A model generated the notes under the pieces. It ran no database searches and was not told where the DNA came from. It saw nothing but the letters and a program-made list of their open reading frames with translations. A stretch of DNA of 63,731 nucleotides, counting the filler, from Octopus bimaculoides (taxonomy: Eukaryota): NCBI RefSeq assembly GCF_001194135.2. It is 8 parts of 8 records of this genome, joined end to end, with 100 filler letters (N's around TTAATTAATTAA, not from the genome) between each part and the next. Parts side by side here need not be neighbours in the genome. Positions count along the whole stretch, not along the records: positions 1 to 3,075 come from NW_026343166.1; positions 3,176 to 7,999 come from NW_026416365.1; positions 8,100 to 26,778 come from NC_068983.1; 5 more parts are not named here. One strand, written 5' to 3'. Made by a program: the position numbers and the translations under genes. This document shows positions 1 through 11,683 of the stretch, in pieces; within the stretch, counting starts at the first letter, position 1; each line of letters starts with the position of its first letter.

Positions 1-800
1 AAGGGGAGTAGAGGATAGAGAGGAAGTGAAAGATAGCGGGAGGTAGAAAAGAAGAAACACAGAGGGGGGAATAGGGAAAGAGAGAGGGAGATATGAAGGA
101 AAGAGAGAGTGAGATATGAAGGAAAAAGAGAGGGTGATATGAGGAAGAAAGGGAGTGTGGGGTGTTAGAGAGACAGAGGGAGGTAGAGGAAGGGGAGAGA
201 AAGAGAGACAGAGTGAAGGAGAGGAGGGGAGGAGAAGGAGAGACAGAGGGAGGGAGAGAATGGTAGGAGAAAGAGAGACAGAGGGAAGGAGAGGATGGGA
301 AGAGAGAGAGAGGAAGAAACAAGAAAGGATGAAGGATTTGAGAGGAAGGGAGACACGGACTGAGAAGAGGGGGAAAATGAAAAGTGTATGAGGGAGAGGG
401 TGAGGTGGCAGAAGGAGAGGAAGGCGTTGTAAGATACAATGGAAAGGAAAGAGAACTGAGAAAAGAGGAAGATATGAAATCGAAAGAAAGAGATGAGAAA
501 AAGGAGTGAGATATGGAAAGAAGAGGAAGATATGAAAGCGAGGGAGGGAGATGAGAAAAAGAGCAAGATATGGAAAGCAGAGAAGGAGAGAGATAGGTGT
601 AAAGAGATAAAGGGAGTGAGAGAGAGACGAAGCGGTACTTATGAAAAAGAGTGGGAGCAGCTAACGAAGATGTGTAGGAAAACGAAAAAAAGGAAAAATG
701 AAAATTCGTAATTCTAAATGGGATTTGTAATTCAAAGAGTTATAGAGATAAAGCGAAGAAAAGAAACGAAACGATAGTGAAAAGAAGGGGGGGTCGTAAT
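1..800 (+). repeat. Purine-rich (GA) low-complexity tract
   Basis: Almost entirely G/A, with degenerate GAGA and GAAG units. Confidence 0.85.
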
Positions 801-1276
801 GGTTTCTATTTTCAAAGAGAATCAAAATGGTTTNNNNNNNNNNNNNNNNNNNNNNNNNNNNNNNNNNNNNNNNNNNNNNNNNNNNNNNNNNNNNNNNNNN
901 NNNNNNNNNNNNNNNNNNNNNNNNNNNNNNNNNNNNNNNNNNNNNNNNNNNNNNNNNNNNNNNNNNNNNNNNNNNNNNNNNNNNNNNNNNNNNNNNNNNN
1001 NNNNNNNNNNNNNNNNNNNNNNNNNNNNNNNNNNNNNNNNNNNNNNNNNNNNNNNNNNNNNNNNNNNNNNNNNNNNNNNNNNNNNNNNNNNNNNNNNNNN
1101 NNNNNNNNNNNNNNNNNNNNNNNNNNNNNNNNNNNNNNNNNNNNNNNNNNNNNNNNNNNNNNNNNNNNNNNNNNNNNNNNNNNNNNNNNNNNNNNNNNNN
1201 NNNNNNNNNNNNNNNNNNNNNNNNNNNNNNNNNNNNNNNNNNNNNNNNNNNNNNNNNNNNNNNNNNNNNNNNNNNN

Positions 1277-1421
1277 AACCACATTTAGTACCTAATGCGA
1301 GGAAAAACAACCAACAGAAGATGACCAACTTTCTTTTAAATAAACTTAAAAGTTTATTTAAAAGAAAGTTGGTCATCTTCTATTGGTTGTTTTTTCCTCG
1401 CATTAGGTACTAAATGTGGTT
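1277..1421. repeat. Near-perfect palindrome (MITE/foldback-like)
   Basis: About 71-bp arms (aaccacatttagtacctaatgcgagg...aaataaactt / aagtttattt...cctcgcattaggtactaaatgtggtt) around a 2-nt centre. The left end abuts an N gap. Confidence 0.9.
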
Positions 1422-1493
1422 ATTTTGAGAAGTCCACTGTGTGGCGTTATTATTTTTCTGTAATAATGCCCTTTATATAAATATATATATATA

Positions 1494-1541
<48 letters not shown>

Positions 1542-2240
1542 CACACATGGGTACACATATACACACATAAAGATTACAAACATATATATCTGATCTGATA
1601 TATATATATAAGGTGTAGTGTGCGTATGAGTAGGCGTTCGATTTTAGCAGAACAAATTATTCTGTTGTACAATTTAGCTTCCTACGTGATTATTAATTCT
1701 CCATCTCAAGAGGACACATCATTTTATTATTAGTCATTCCACGCCGTACATTGTATTGCAAATACGAATTATCATATATGAAATACAGATTTTTGATATT
1801 CGGCCACAATTTATCAAATGGAGTATATAAAATGCTGTGACCCACATTCCTTTCACCAGGACCTTACCAATTATTATAATTATCATCATAGCATGGAACT
1901 GACAGGTTACATATATTCACATATATGTTAATTTAGACATTCGTGACTTTAACATCTTCCCTTCAGGGATTTTGTTATTTCTCAAGGTTTATCTCAGTCA
2001 ATTCAGGTTAGATATTTGCAATCAGGAACGACGTACTGATCATTATTGTTGATTGGAAGCCTTAAACGAATAAAATTTAAAAGAGGTCCGATATGTCAAA
2101 TTGGATGAATGTTAAAGGTTTCTGTGATGTCAAAGGAAAACGATTTTGACTTCACAGAAATTATCAAGAGCAAGTTTTAAGCTCAAGATAAGGTTTTCAG
2201 TTTGTATTGATTGAATGGGGTTCCATTATTGCCTTTACAG

Positions 2241-2276
2241 ATAACCACTCGAAGCGAATACGTTCAGGATATGTAG
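2241..2276 (+). CDS. Candidate 36-nt phase 1-1 micro-exon, possibly upstream in the same synaptotagmin gene
   Basis: Acceptor ttattgcctttacag and donor AG|GTAATG. Only the phase-1 frame is open (xNHSKRIRSGYV-G), and that phase matches the exon at 30912. No homology support. Confidence 0.3.
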   Translation: MTTRSEYVQDM

Positions 2277-2308
2277 GTAATGCTACATACATATATATAT
2301 ATACATAT

Positions 2309-2309
2309 C

Positions 2310-2370
<61 letters not shown>

Positions 2371-2450
2371 GTAGACGTATATATATATTCATTTATATAT
2401 GTACGTATGTATGTATGTATGTATGTATGTATGTATGCATGTATGTATAC
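2309..2450. repeat. (GATA)n and (GTAT)n microsatellites
   Basis: Direct reading. Many more (TA)n, (CA)n, (GA)n, (GATA)n and (TACA)n tracts occur throughout, often at gap edges. Confidence 0.95.
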
Positions 2451-3042
2451 GTTTATAAACGACAGAAGAAAGTAGAAACTTTGAGAAACGTAAAAAATAT
2501 AACTACGGAGGGGGAGCGCTAAGCAGTGATAAGTGAAATTGCAATATTATTGTCAGTCCTTTATGCACGTTTGAACTGGGGAAGAAGCTACACACTGCGT
2601 TTTGTCACGGAGAATATATCTCACTTGTTAACAAATGGTGTGTATACACCTAGATCAGCTCGCAGCGCCACCTACCTAGACTGCGAGATGTTATCATTTC
2701 GGAGTAGGTGTCTCCTCATCGGTCACAAACACTAAGCAGACGACACTTCGAGCTGAATTTACTTTTGCTTACGATAACTAGCAGCGCTATACACCGGCTC
2801 GCTGTAAGTAAATTACGGAAGGGAAGCGCTAAGCAGTCATAAGTGAAATTACAATGTTATTATCAGTGCAAAAATGCTTGATGCACATTCGAACTGAATA
2901 ACCAGCTAGCTATTCAATAAGATATATCGTTTTTTAGCGATGAGATTCAAAATAGATACAGCTATGAATATCAGTACTAAATATTGCATTAGAATGTTTT
3001 TTCGAGGGAAAAAGTTGAGTGCTACCCGCTAAATTCGAAATA

Positions 3043-3075
<33 letters not shown>

Positions 3076-3119
3076 NNNNNNNNNNNNNNNNNNNNNNNNN
3101 NNNNNNNNNNNNNNNNNNN

Positions 3120-3131
3120 TTAATTAATTAA
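3120..3131. other. Assembly gap linker TTAATTAATTAA within N runs (also 8044, 26823, 37497, 42517, 51770, 53836)
   Basis: Identical 12-mer embedded in N runs seven times. Where counted it has 44 N on each side (100 nt total). It gives stops in all six frames. Confidence 0.95.
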
Positions 3132-3175
3132 NNNNNNNNNNNNNNNNNNNNNNNNNNNNNNNNNNNNNNNNNNNN

Positions 3176-3215
3176 AATTGCATGTAACACGGGCAACGCC
3201 GGGTATCTCTGCTAG
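3176..3215 (+). mobile_element. Helitron 3' terminus
   Basis: GC-rich hairpin cacgggcaacgccggg (3188-3203), then CTAG (3212-3215), then T. The same terminus occurs at 34497-34524. Confidence 0.7.
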
Positions 3216-4031
3216 TTAATAATAAAGCAGGGGGATAATTATAGGAAGGTGATTCTTATATTAGTAAATAAGATATTAAATGATTGGTAATTAATTAATA
3301 AATAATAAAGTTAATGGGTGGTCTATTAATCTACAGAAATGGATTATTTTATTAAGTTAGATGTAAAAAAACGTTGGGCTGAAGTAGGGGTTGAATGAAT
3401 AGAAATTACTTTAAAAAATTACAGTTAATATTTTTATGAAGGTTTACTACGGTGATACCGTTCCATATCTATAAATGCAAAGGTTTATCGAGATGTGAAA
3501 TAAAATGTTATGTTGATCAGTAATTTATGCGTCATAGAATAGAATATTTAAATGTTTGGGATTCATCTTGCTATGAAAATAAACAATTGAACTGGGATTG
3601 TTTTAGAATTAAAGATGTTTCTAGGAACGTTAAAGATGATAAATTAGAATCGTAGATTTAGAATACTGTCACTAAGATAGCAATGAACATAAAAAACTCT
3701 TATTATTGCTGAATAAATTGGAAGTCATAAATGAATGATATTGAAGTATAACGAAATATGAAAACGAATGAGTAATGTTAATAGGGCACAGCATATTAGA
3801 CATTGTAGGAGGTAATGTTTATGATGAATTAAACTGAAAATAATGTTCTAGTGTATGTTTATAGATTTTGTTGGTTTACAAATAAAGAATGTTTAGATAA
3901 CATATGTCAAGCGAAATCAGTCTATGATATCTTTTTACATATAAAGGTATAATTGCCATGTGTTTCTAGAATTATTTGAGGAACTAATATGTTACAAGTT
4001 AATTTGTTAGCGTTTTGTAAGTAAGTGGTTA

Positions 4032-4412
4032 TTATTTAAACGCTGTGAACGCGTGTTGCTGCCAATGATTACATCTGTAAGAGTTTTTGATGAACATGTT
4101 CACCAGTTTATTCTTTGAAAATAAGATAAAAAATAGCTCAATATTACATAAAGGACAGAATCTTCTGCCCTTGTCATATGGTCTAGAAATATAAAGAATT
4201 AGCCAGTCTTTAAGTTCCCAAATTAATTTACTAAGGCTCGTGGTAATTCGTTTGTTTCTATCTCTAAAGGAAGAATAATGATTAGAAATTCTGGAGGATA
4301 TTGGCGAAGAGGATGATCCAATATAAAAGGACACATTTGTAGGAGTGCTGACCTGGCATTGATATATAGTGTTTAAGCTGGTTCCCATACATTTCCCTGA
4401 AGAGAAGATTAC
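4032..4412 (-). mobile_element. Penelope-like retroelement C-terminal GIY-YIG endonuclease remnant (Neptune/Naiad-like)
   Basis: IYQCQV...FYIG...RISNHYSSF...TSLSKLIWELK...PY...CPLCNIE...RCNH follows the GIY-YIG and Cys/His layout of PLE endonucleases. Confidence 0.8.
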
Positions 4413-4414
4413 AT

Positions 4415-5779
4415 TTCTTCACTGTACTCATTGCCAACCCTCACCTAACATTGTCTCTGTACATGGTTCACAAAGCTCTCACTAACCATTCTTCTATCCC
4501 TAGTTTCCTCATTGACCACCAGATAAGGGAGCAGGGGACCCTGTCGAAGGCTTTCTCCATGTCAATGAAAGCCAGGTACAGAGGTTTATCCTTGGCTAGG
4601 TATTTCTCCTGAAGCTGTCTTACCAGAAATATAGCATCAGTGGTGCTTTTCCCTGATACAAACCCAAACTGCATCTCATCTAAACTTATTTGGGCTATGA
4701 CCTTCTCCGTGACTTTCATTACCTAATCTAAAAGCTTGATACCTCTGTAATTATTTGTATCTAAAGCATCACCTTTACTTTTGTAGCAGTTGACAATGGT
4801 GCTGCTACACCAGTCATTGGGTATGACTCCTTCGTGCATCACCTGGTTAACAATATGGGTGACTAGGCTATAGCCGACACTGCCAGATATTTTGAGCATA
4901 TCTGCAGTGACTCCAGATAGGCCAGGGGCCTTCCCTGTCTTCATACTCTTAATTGCTTTATCTACCATGGTACTGTCAACTCGGATAGCTGGTCCCTCTG
5001 TTGGGTCAACATTCGGCAGACTCTCTTTCTCCCATTCATTCTCTTTATTGAGCAATCTTTCGTAGTGGCATCTCCAAACCTCTTTCTTTGCAGCCTCGTT
5101 TAGTGCAAGTGTACCATCATCCATGCGAACACATTTCTCTCTCATAACATCACGATTCTCTCTCACACACTGTCTTGCAACACGAAATACCTTAAGTCTT
5201 TGGTCCTCACGGCGCAGAACATTGGCAAACTTTTTCTTATCTGCTTCCCCTCTGGCTAAATAAACCTGTCACCTAGCTTCCCTTCTGGCAGTCTGATACA
5301 ATTCCCTGCTACCACCGTTCTTCCAGTTTTTCCAAGCCTGTTTCTTTTGTTTAATAGCCCTGTCAACAACAATGTTCCACCACCACGTTATTTTCGGTCG
5401 AGAGGGGACCTTGCACCATCCACAGATCTGGTCGGTGGCCCTCAGCAGGTTGTCCTGTAGAAACGTCCAGTTCTCCTCTACATTGCGTGAAGCTACATCC
5501 CCCTCTATTTCGTCATAGGCTTTGAGTAATAAGTCTCTAAGTCTCTGTCCATTCGTAGGATCTTTGAGCTTCCAGACCCTTTTCCTCAAAGTTGGTTGTC
5601 TTCTTGGCAACCACTTAGCCCTGATCCTGAAGTCACTAACTACTAGTCTATGTTGTGGGGTACATTCTTCGCCTGGGAAGGTTTTGGCATTTATAAGCAG
5701 CCATCTTTCCCTTTTCCTGACGAGGATGTAGTCAATTTGGCTAGTATGTCTGCCAGAACAGTAGGTGACTAGGTGACTC
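4415..5779 (-). mobile_element. RTE-clade LINE fragment (end of AP endonuclease to N-half of RT), disrupted
   Basis: Frames give HLVTYCSGRHTSQIDYILVRK, ECTPQHRLVVSDF, KTGKAPGLSG, NYRGIKLLD, QFGFVSGKSTTDAIFLVRQLQEKY, AFIDMEKAFDRVP and VGNEYSEE. Internal stops. Confidence 0.92.
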
Positions 5780-5947
5780 GATGATTTTGGGAAAAACGAT
5801 AGATTCTTCCCTATGAATTTCTTTCACGCTAGCTACTTGATAAATTCTTATATAAGATTTTATCCTATTATTGAATTAATTATATATATATACATATATA
5901 TATACATAAATTAAAAACGTAAAATTAAAACAGAACTCAAAGGATTC

Positions 5948-6048
5948 CGCGGTACATGTGTTTCAAGCTTTATACACAAACCGTCGTTGCATCATTATAT
6001 GAGTATAGAATTGATAGATAGGATGGTATAAAGCTATCTTCAGCCGCA
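5948..6048 (-). ncRNA. Type I hammerhead ribozyme motif with long stem II, in PLE-like terminal sequence
   Basis: Minus strand: UGCGG-CUGAAGA-U-AGCUUUAUAC...GUAUAAAGCU-U-GAAAC-ACAU-GUA^CCGCG. Stem I 5 bp, stem II 10 bp perfect, stem III 2 bp, core intact. Confidence 0.8.
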
Positions 6049-7543
6049 AATATATTCTTTCCCAAGATTATATCACAAAGAAAAAAGAAAAAGAGAGAGA
6101 AACAGGAGAGAGAAAAAGGGGAAGTCCACTTGGTATTATCCATTGTAATATCCATTGTAATATGTTTATCCTTTAAGTTGATACATTTACATAAAAGTTC
6201 ATTGGTATTCGGAAATCTGTCCATATTGTGCCACAATTCAGGGTAGAGTGAATGATAAATAAACATAACTAGGGTATATGAGATAGGAGAGGATCCCAAA
6301 AAAGGAAGGAGTTGGAGGTTAAAACAATATAAAATACGAAAACAATATAAAATACACAAATAATAATACACAAATAATAATACAAAAATAATAGAAGTCA
6401 AATCGAGGGGGGGGGGGGTAATATAAGAAAAAATATGGATAATAAAGTAAGATGCAGATAAAAGATTTAGTAGTGTTGGAGAAAGGTAGTAAAGGAAAAC
6501 ACAAGGAAATTGGATAAATAAATAGAAGAAATAGAAAAATAAAATAAATAAAATGAAATAACAGAGGTAAAGAGAAATGGGAATAAGAAAAAACCTCAAA
6601 GTAGAAAAAGAGGTAAAGAGAAATAAAGATAGATAAAGAGATCTAAAGGGATGAGTTCGTAAATGACAGACATACATGATGCTGTCTGGGGTCAAGAATA
6701 GTGGGGAGTCATAAATAATGTCAAGCTAGAGTAAACTTGAAATATGATATCCTTGTGATGAGTGGTCAGTTTAGCCAAAGCACATCACTACAACTTAAGT
6801 GTACTAACTTATCTATTATATTTATATTCATACATACACTTATCTAGAAGATAAATAGATGATGGAAATGGTAAATTGTAATTAGAGCATATAAAAACTA
6901 AACAAAAAATAATTAGAAAATGTAAAAAAGGTTAGAAAGTATAGAAAATATAAAGGGGAAAACTAGGGTTGGAAGTTAAAAATTCAAAATACAGAGTATT
7001 GGGAACATTTCAGCCGTAGTAATATAATAGTAATATAATAGTAATATTGTATTACATAATGTAATAGTAATAAAAAACACTACAATACACAAAGGTAACA
7101 TTAAATAACACTCATCACTACAATATTTTTATAATAATATTATACTAGTATTAATTAGGAGATGCAAAACCAGACTCCTTTATATTCATATACCAATACC
7201 CATTGATTAAAACACGTAGTTTCACTATGCCATATAATTTACACAAATAGATAAGCCGAAACTTCCCCAATCACACTATTTTTCTAATCAATGTACCTTT
7301 TCAAACCACTATCTTTTTATTTTTATTATTATTATTGTTATTGTTATTTTTTATTACTATTACATTATGTTGCTAGAAACAACAGCCAAATCTCCCTTAA
7401 ATCACACAAAGTAAATGGAATTTTAAAAATCTAATTACTGCACTGGAAAGTTTACATCGAGAAAATTCCATTGAAAAATTGGAAAATGTGGATTTCTATA
7501 AACTTTTAAAAAGGCTAGACACAACTTCATGTTTATTATATAT

Positions 7544-7584
<41 letters not shown>

Positions 7585-7589
7585 ATTGT

Positions 7590-7821
7590 AGTTGTGATCC
7601 CCGTGCTGGTGACACATAAAAAGCACCATCCAAACTTGGCTGATGCCAGCGCCGCCTTGACTGGCTTCCATGCCAGTGGCGCGTAAAAAGTACCTACTAC
7701 ACTCTCGGAGTGGTTGGTGTTAGGAAGAGCAAGATCAGACTGGAGTCTGGTGCAGCCTCCTGGCTTCCCAGACACCAGTCGAACCACCCCCATGCCAGCA
7801 TGTTAAACGATGAAGATGATG

Positions 7822-7825
<4 letters not shown>
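7590..7825 (+). mobile_element. SINE or LINE-tail repeat ending in (GAT)n; related copies near 14075-14270, 17485-17690, 22850-23080, 24975-25095
   Basis: Shared sequence (tggttggtgttaggaagagc...catgccagcatg...aacgatgatgatgat or its complement) recurs in both orientations. Confidence 0.7.
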
Positions 7826-7859
<34 letters not shown>

Positions 7860-8142
7860 TTTTAGAGAAAACTCATCCATGAAAATCTAGTCACATATAG
7901 AAAAATTAATAAGTAAATGCACGGTAAATAAGCATAATATAATACAAAGTAAAAATCGTAAAATAATAATAATAATGATACATATATATATATATATATN
8001 NNNNNNNNNNNNNNNNNNNNNNNNNNNNNNNNNNNNNNNNNNNTTAATTAATTAANNNNNNNNNNNNNNNNNNNNNNNNNNNNNNNNNNNNNNNNNNNNA
8101 TATTTATTTGTATATATATGTGTGTGTGTGTGTGTGTAATCT

Positions 8143-8532
8143 GTTGTTGTTGTTGGCACTCCGTCGCTTACGATGTCGAGGGTTCCAGTTGATCCAGTCA
8201 ATGGAACAGCCTGCTCGTGAAATTACCCTGCAAGTGGCTGAGCACTCCACAGACACGTGTACCCTTAACGTAGTTCTCGGGGATATTCAGCGTGACACAG
8301 TGTGACAAGGCTGACCCTTTGAATTACAGGCACAATAGAAACAGGAAGTAAGAGTGAGAGAAAGTTGTGGTGAAAGAGTATAGCAGGGTTCGACACCATC
8401 CCCTGCCGGAGCCTCGTGGAGTTTTAGATGTTTTCACTCAATAAACACTCACAACGCCCAGTCTGGGAATCGAAACCGCGATCCTATGACTGCGAGTATG
8501 CTGCCCTAACCACTGGGCCATTGCGCCTCCAC
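8143..8532 (-). mobile_element. Full-length tRNA-derived SINE with 12-bp TSD
   Basis: Head gtggaggcgcaatggcccagtggttagggcagc...ggtttcgattccc (A and B boxes), (CAA)n tail, TSD tgtgtgtaatct at 8131-8142 and 8533-8544. Partial copy at 28814-28985. Confidence 0.88.
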
Positions 8533-9107
8533 TGTGTGTAATCTATATAGTAGATAAATAAACAGGGCAAATTTAGTTATTTCTCTGAAGATTGATAAAA
8601 ATTATCAACCACCTTTAATTGGCATTAAAACCCTGTCAGGGATGCCTGCATCAATTTGAGCAATCCAAGAGAAACAAGCAGCCAATCTGTTAATATATTC
8701 AACCAATCCAGAAGCTCCAGAAAACTGGAGCTAGTTATTTGCATACAGTGTTTAGCATTTTATTTAACATCAGGAGTCTGTCAACAGCGATCTCAGTCCA
8801 CACAGTATCAATGTATGATATAGTATATGTAACCTATATAGTAGATATATAAACAGGAAATATATATGCATGTATGTACACACGCACATATATATGTATT
8901 GTTTCGAATTTGTGTGACTGTGTATAGAAAATATACATATATATATATATATTAATATTTTCTCGGTTGAAAAAACTTTGACAATGTAAATATGTTAATA
9001 GTTACCATGGGTAGCAAAAATCACACAAAAACTAGAATATCACACCCGTTTTATAGGTAGAAATACCAAGTTAAAGTGAGGTATTTTGAGTAGATATGAA
9101 GAAGAAG

Positions 9108-9170
9108 AATAAATGGAGCAAAACGCATATAAAGGAACTTATTGTTTATATGCGTTTTGCTCCATTTATT
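9108..9170. repeat. Perfect 26-bp inverted repeat with 11-nt loop
   Basis: aataaatggagcaaaacgcatataaa (9108-9133) / tttatatgcgttttgctccatttatt (9145-9170). Confidence 0.9.
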
Positions 9171-9176
9171 ATTATT

Positions 9177-9210
<34 letters not shown>

Positions 9211-10245
9211 CTGAGCTTTGCACAGTTTCCATTTACAAAATTGCTCTCAATCCAAGGCTAAAGTAAAAGAAATTTGCCAAAGTAACCACACAATAGGATC
9301 CAAATCAGAACAACTTGATAGCAAAGTAAACTTCATTACTACACAGATATATCTGCACTTATTATAATGCTGACAAAGAAATAGTAAAATTATTAGTTAG
9401 AAGAGTCAAAGAGAGAGAGGTAGAAAGGGTATGTTATTTAGTGGCTCAAAATATGCAAACATTTCTTAGATATAATCTGTAAAACCCTTGGAGTGAGCAA
9501 GACTGTAGGAAGATAAAGAGAATGTTCTCTCACTTTTATTCTAGAACTAATATATTCTGTAGATAACATCTTAAAACATTTTTTCCTGCTCTTAAATTTT
9601 GGTAGAGTTTCATGTTGTTTATTTTTTTGCTTTGACATCTTATAAGTCTTAATTGTTTAGCTGAGATCTTGTGAAATTTTTGCTGTGTTCACCAAACAAA
9701 ACTTGTAAGTTTATTTCTTTGACCTCTTGTACTCAGATGTACTCATTTTCCAATTATGTGACATTCATGTGACAGTCAAATATTTCATATTTCTGTTTCA
9801 TGATCTTTTGCACATTCTTGTAATGTTTTTAAATATTATTTCTACAGGATTTTCTTTCTCACACTCATAGTTTTGGTCTAAATAAGGGAAGCAGATTTAA
9901 CATGCTGTTCAGTTTTGCAACACCACCTGATTCTTGGGTATCTTTAACAAAATGAATGGTTTTGCAATCATTTATACTAAGGTCCTGTTCCTGACCACTC
10001 TAGATTTTCCTACATATAGTCAGGTTGGGTATCAGTCCCCATCAATCTCATTAGTATAGGAGTGCTCACAAACTCATAGCACTTTCCCTTTTCTTCTTAC
10101 AATTTTTTTTAATCTAGTAAAATTTATTTACAGCCTTCTTGTAGTCATATTACTTTAATGTGGCTTCAACAAAACTGGTCAGAGTTAAGGTGAATGGTAG
10201 TTTGACTTTCTTTTTTTTTTAATCAATGGTGATTACTGTCTAGCC

Positions 10246-10329
10246 CAGTGTTTTCCAACCTTTTCATTACCAAGGACTCCTTTTATTTAAATGAGTTTTC
10301 CCACAGACCACTTTTAATATGCTTATCCA

Positions 10330-10383
<54 letters not shown>

Positions 10384-10462
10384 TTTGAATTTAGTTCATG
10401 GGCCTCCAGTACTACCTTTGCGGACCACTAGGGGTCTGTGGACCACATGTTGGGAACCATGA
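10246..10462. mobile_element. hAT (Charlie-like) MITE
   Basis: Ends cagtgttttccaacc / gttgggaaccatga. Identical 8-bp TSD gtctagcc at 10238-10245 and 10463-10470. Confidence 0.8.
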
Positions 10463-10888
10463 GTCTAGCCCCTAGCAAATGGTTCTGCTACATAGAAGTT
10501 AGCAATAAAATAAGGGGAAAGAGATCTCTACTCTCATATAAATATGTTTTAAAGCAATTCTAAAAAGAGAGTGCACATTGAAGTTACATTGAAAATGAAA
10601 ACCCTGATAATCAGGAAATATCTTTTGGATAATATCACAGGCATTGTGGTGTGGCTGAGAAATTCCCTTTCCAATATGTATGTATGTATGCAATCATGTT
10701 CATAATTATTTTCATCATTTTAACAACCATTTTTTTCCATGCTAGCATGGATTGGGCAAAAGTACATGAAAGGGAAATGTTCCAAAGCCGGATTATGTAA
10801 GTGGAAACAGCAAAAGAAATCTTCAGAGGAAGACTTCCCATCAACTCATTAGTTCTTTACTCTCTAAGGGAGCTGGACCCAACTAGGT

Positions 10889-11074
10889 CAGTACTCTGCA
10901 ACTTTTTTTCATGTGTGGTGCACTTATATTCTTTTCAAAATTTGGCAGCACACCTGAACTCAAAATATAACTAAATGTATAGGGGAAAATGTTTTGTTCA
11001 GGTTACACTGTGGGGCACCTAGCATCATCTCGTAGCACACCAGTATGCCATGGTATTCTGATTGTGGAGCACTG
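10889..11074. mobile_element. hAT-like MITE
   Basis: Imperfect TIRs cagtactctgcaac / gattgtggagcactg. 8-bp flanks aactaggt and ttctaggt (6/8 identical). Confidence 0.6.
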
Positions 11075-11371
11075 TTCTAGGTCATGAGTCTTAGGTGCCC
11101 TCCTGCAATTTTTGAAATGCCATTTTTAATGGATATTAAACCATGCAGTTTCTGTCTCCTAGAATTCACTTACAAGAGATTGGTCAGTCTGGTTGTGGAG
11201 AATTTATGCAAGGCATCACAAAGTGAGATCAAACTGGAAATAATGTGGTTACAAAGTGGACATCTTAATCATTGAGTCATGCCTCCACCCTTAGTTACAT
11301 AAGCATACAATAAAACAGAACAATACACTTGAATATAAACACATAGAAATGCAAACATAAATACAGTCAAC

Positions 11372-11421
<50 letters not shown>

Positions 11422-11632
11422 GTAGGTAGGTAGGTAGGTAGGTAGGTACAAACATCGATATTTACATGGGGTTGTGTATGACATTTTTCATGTCTATATA
11501 TGCAGATATATATATATATATATATATATATCTTTTAAATTTCTTTATGGTAATATTTTGAATATGCAAATAAATATATGTACATGTGTGTGTGTGTGTG
11601 TCTGTGTGTGAGTATGTGTACATATATATATG

Positions 11633-11683
<51 letters not shown>

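Noticed and set aside
155-711. Glu/Arg-rich and Phe/Ser/Leu-rich ORFs
   Set aside because: They are translations of a GA-rich low-complexity tract, with no splice signals or domain.
5970-6695. 241-aa hydrophobic ORF resembling a membrane protein
   Set aside because: The hydrophobicity comes from reading an A-rich low-complexity strand in reverse. It also overlaps the hammerhead and PLE-like sequence.
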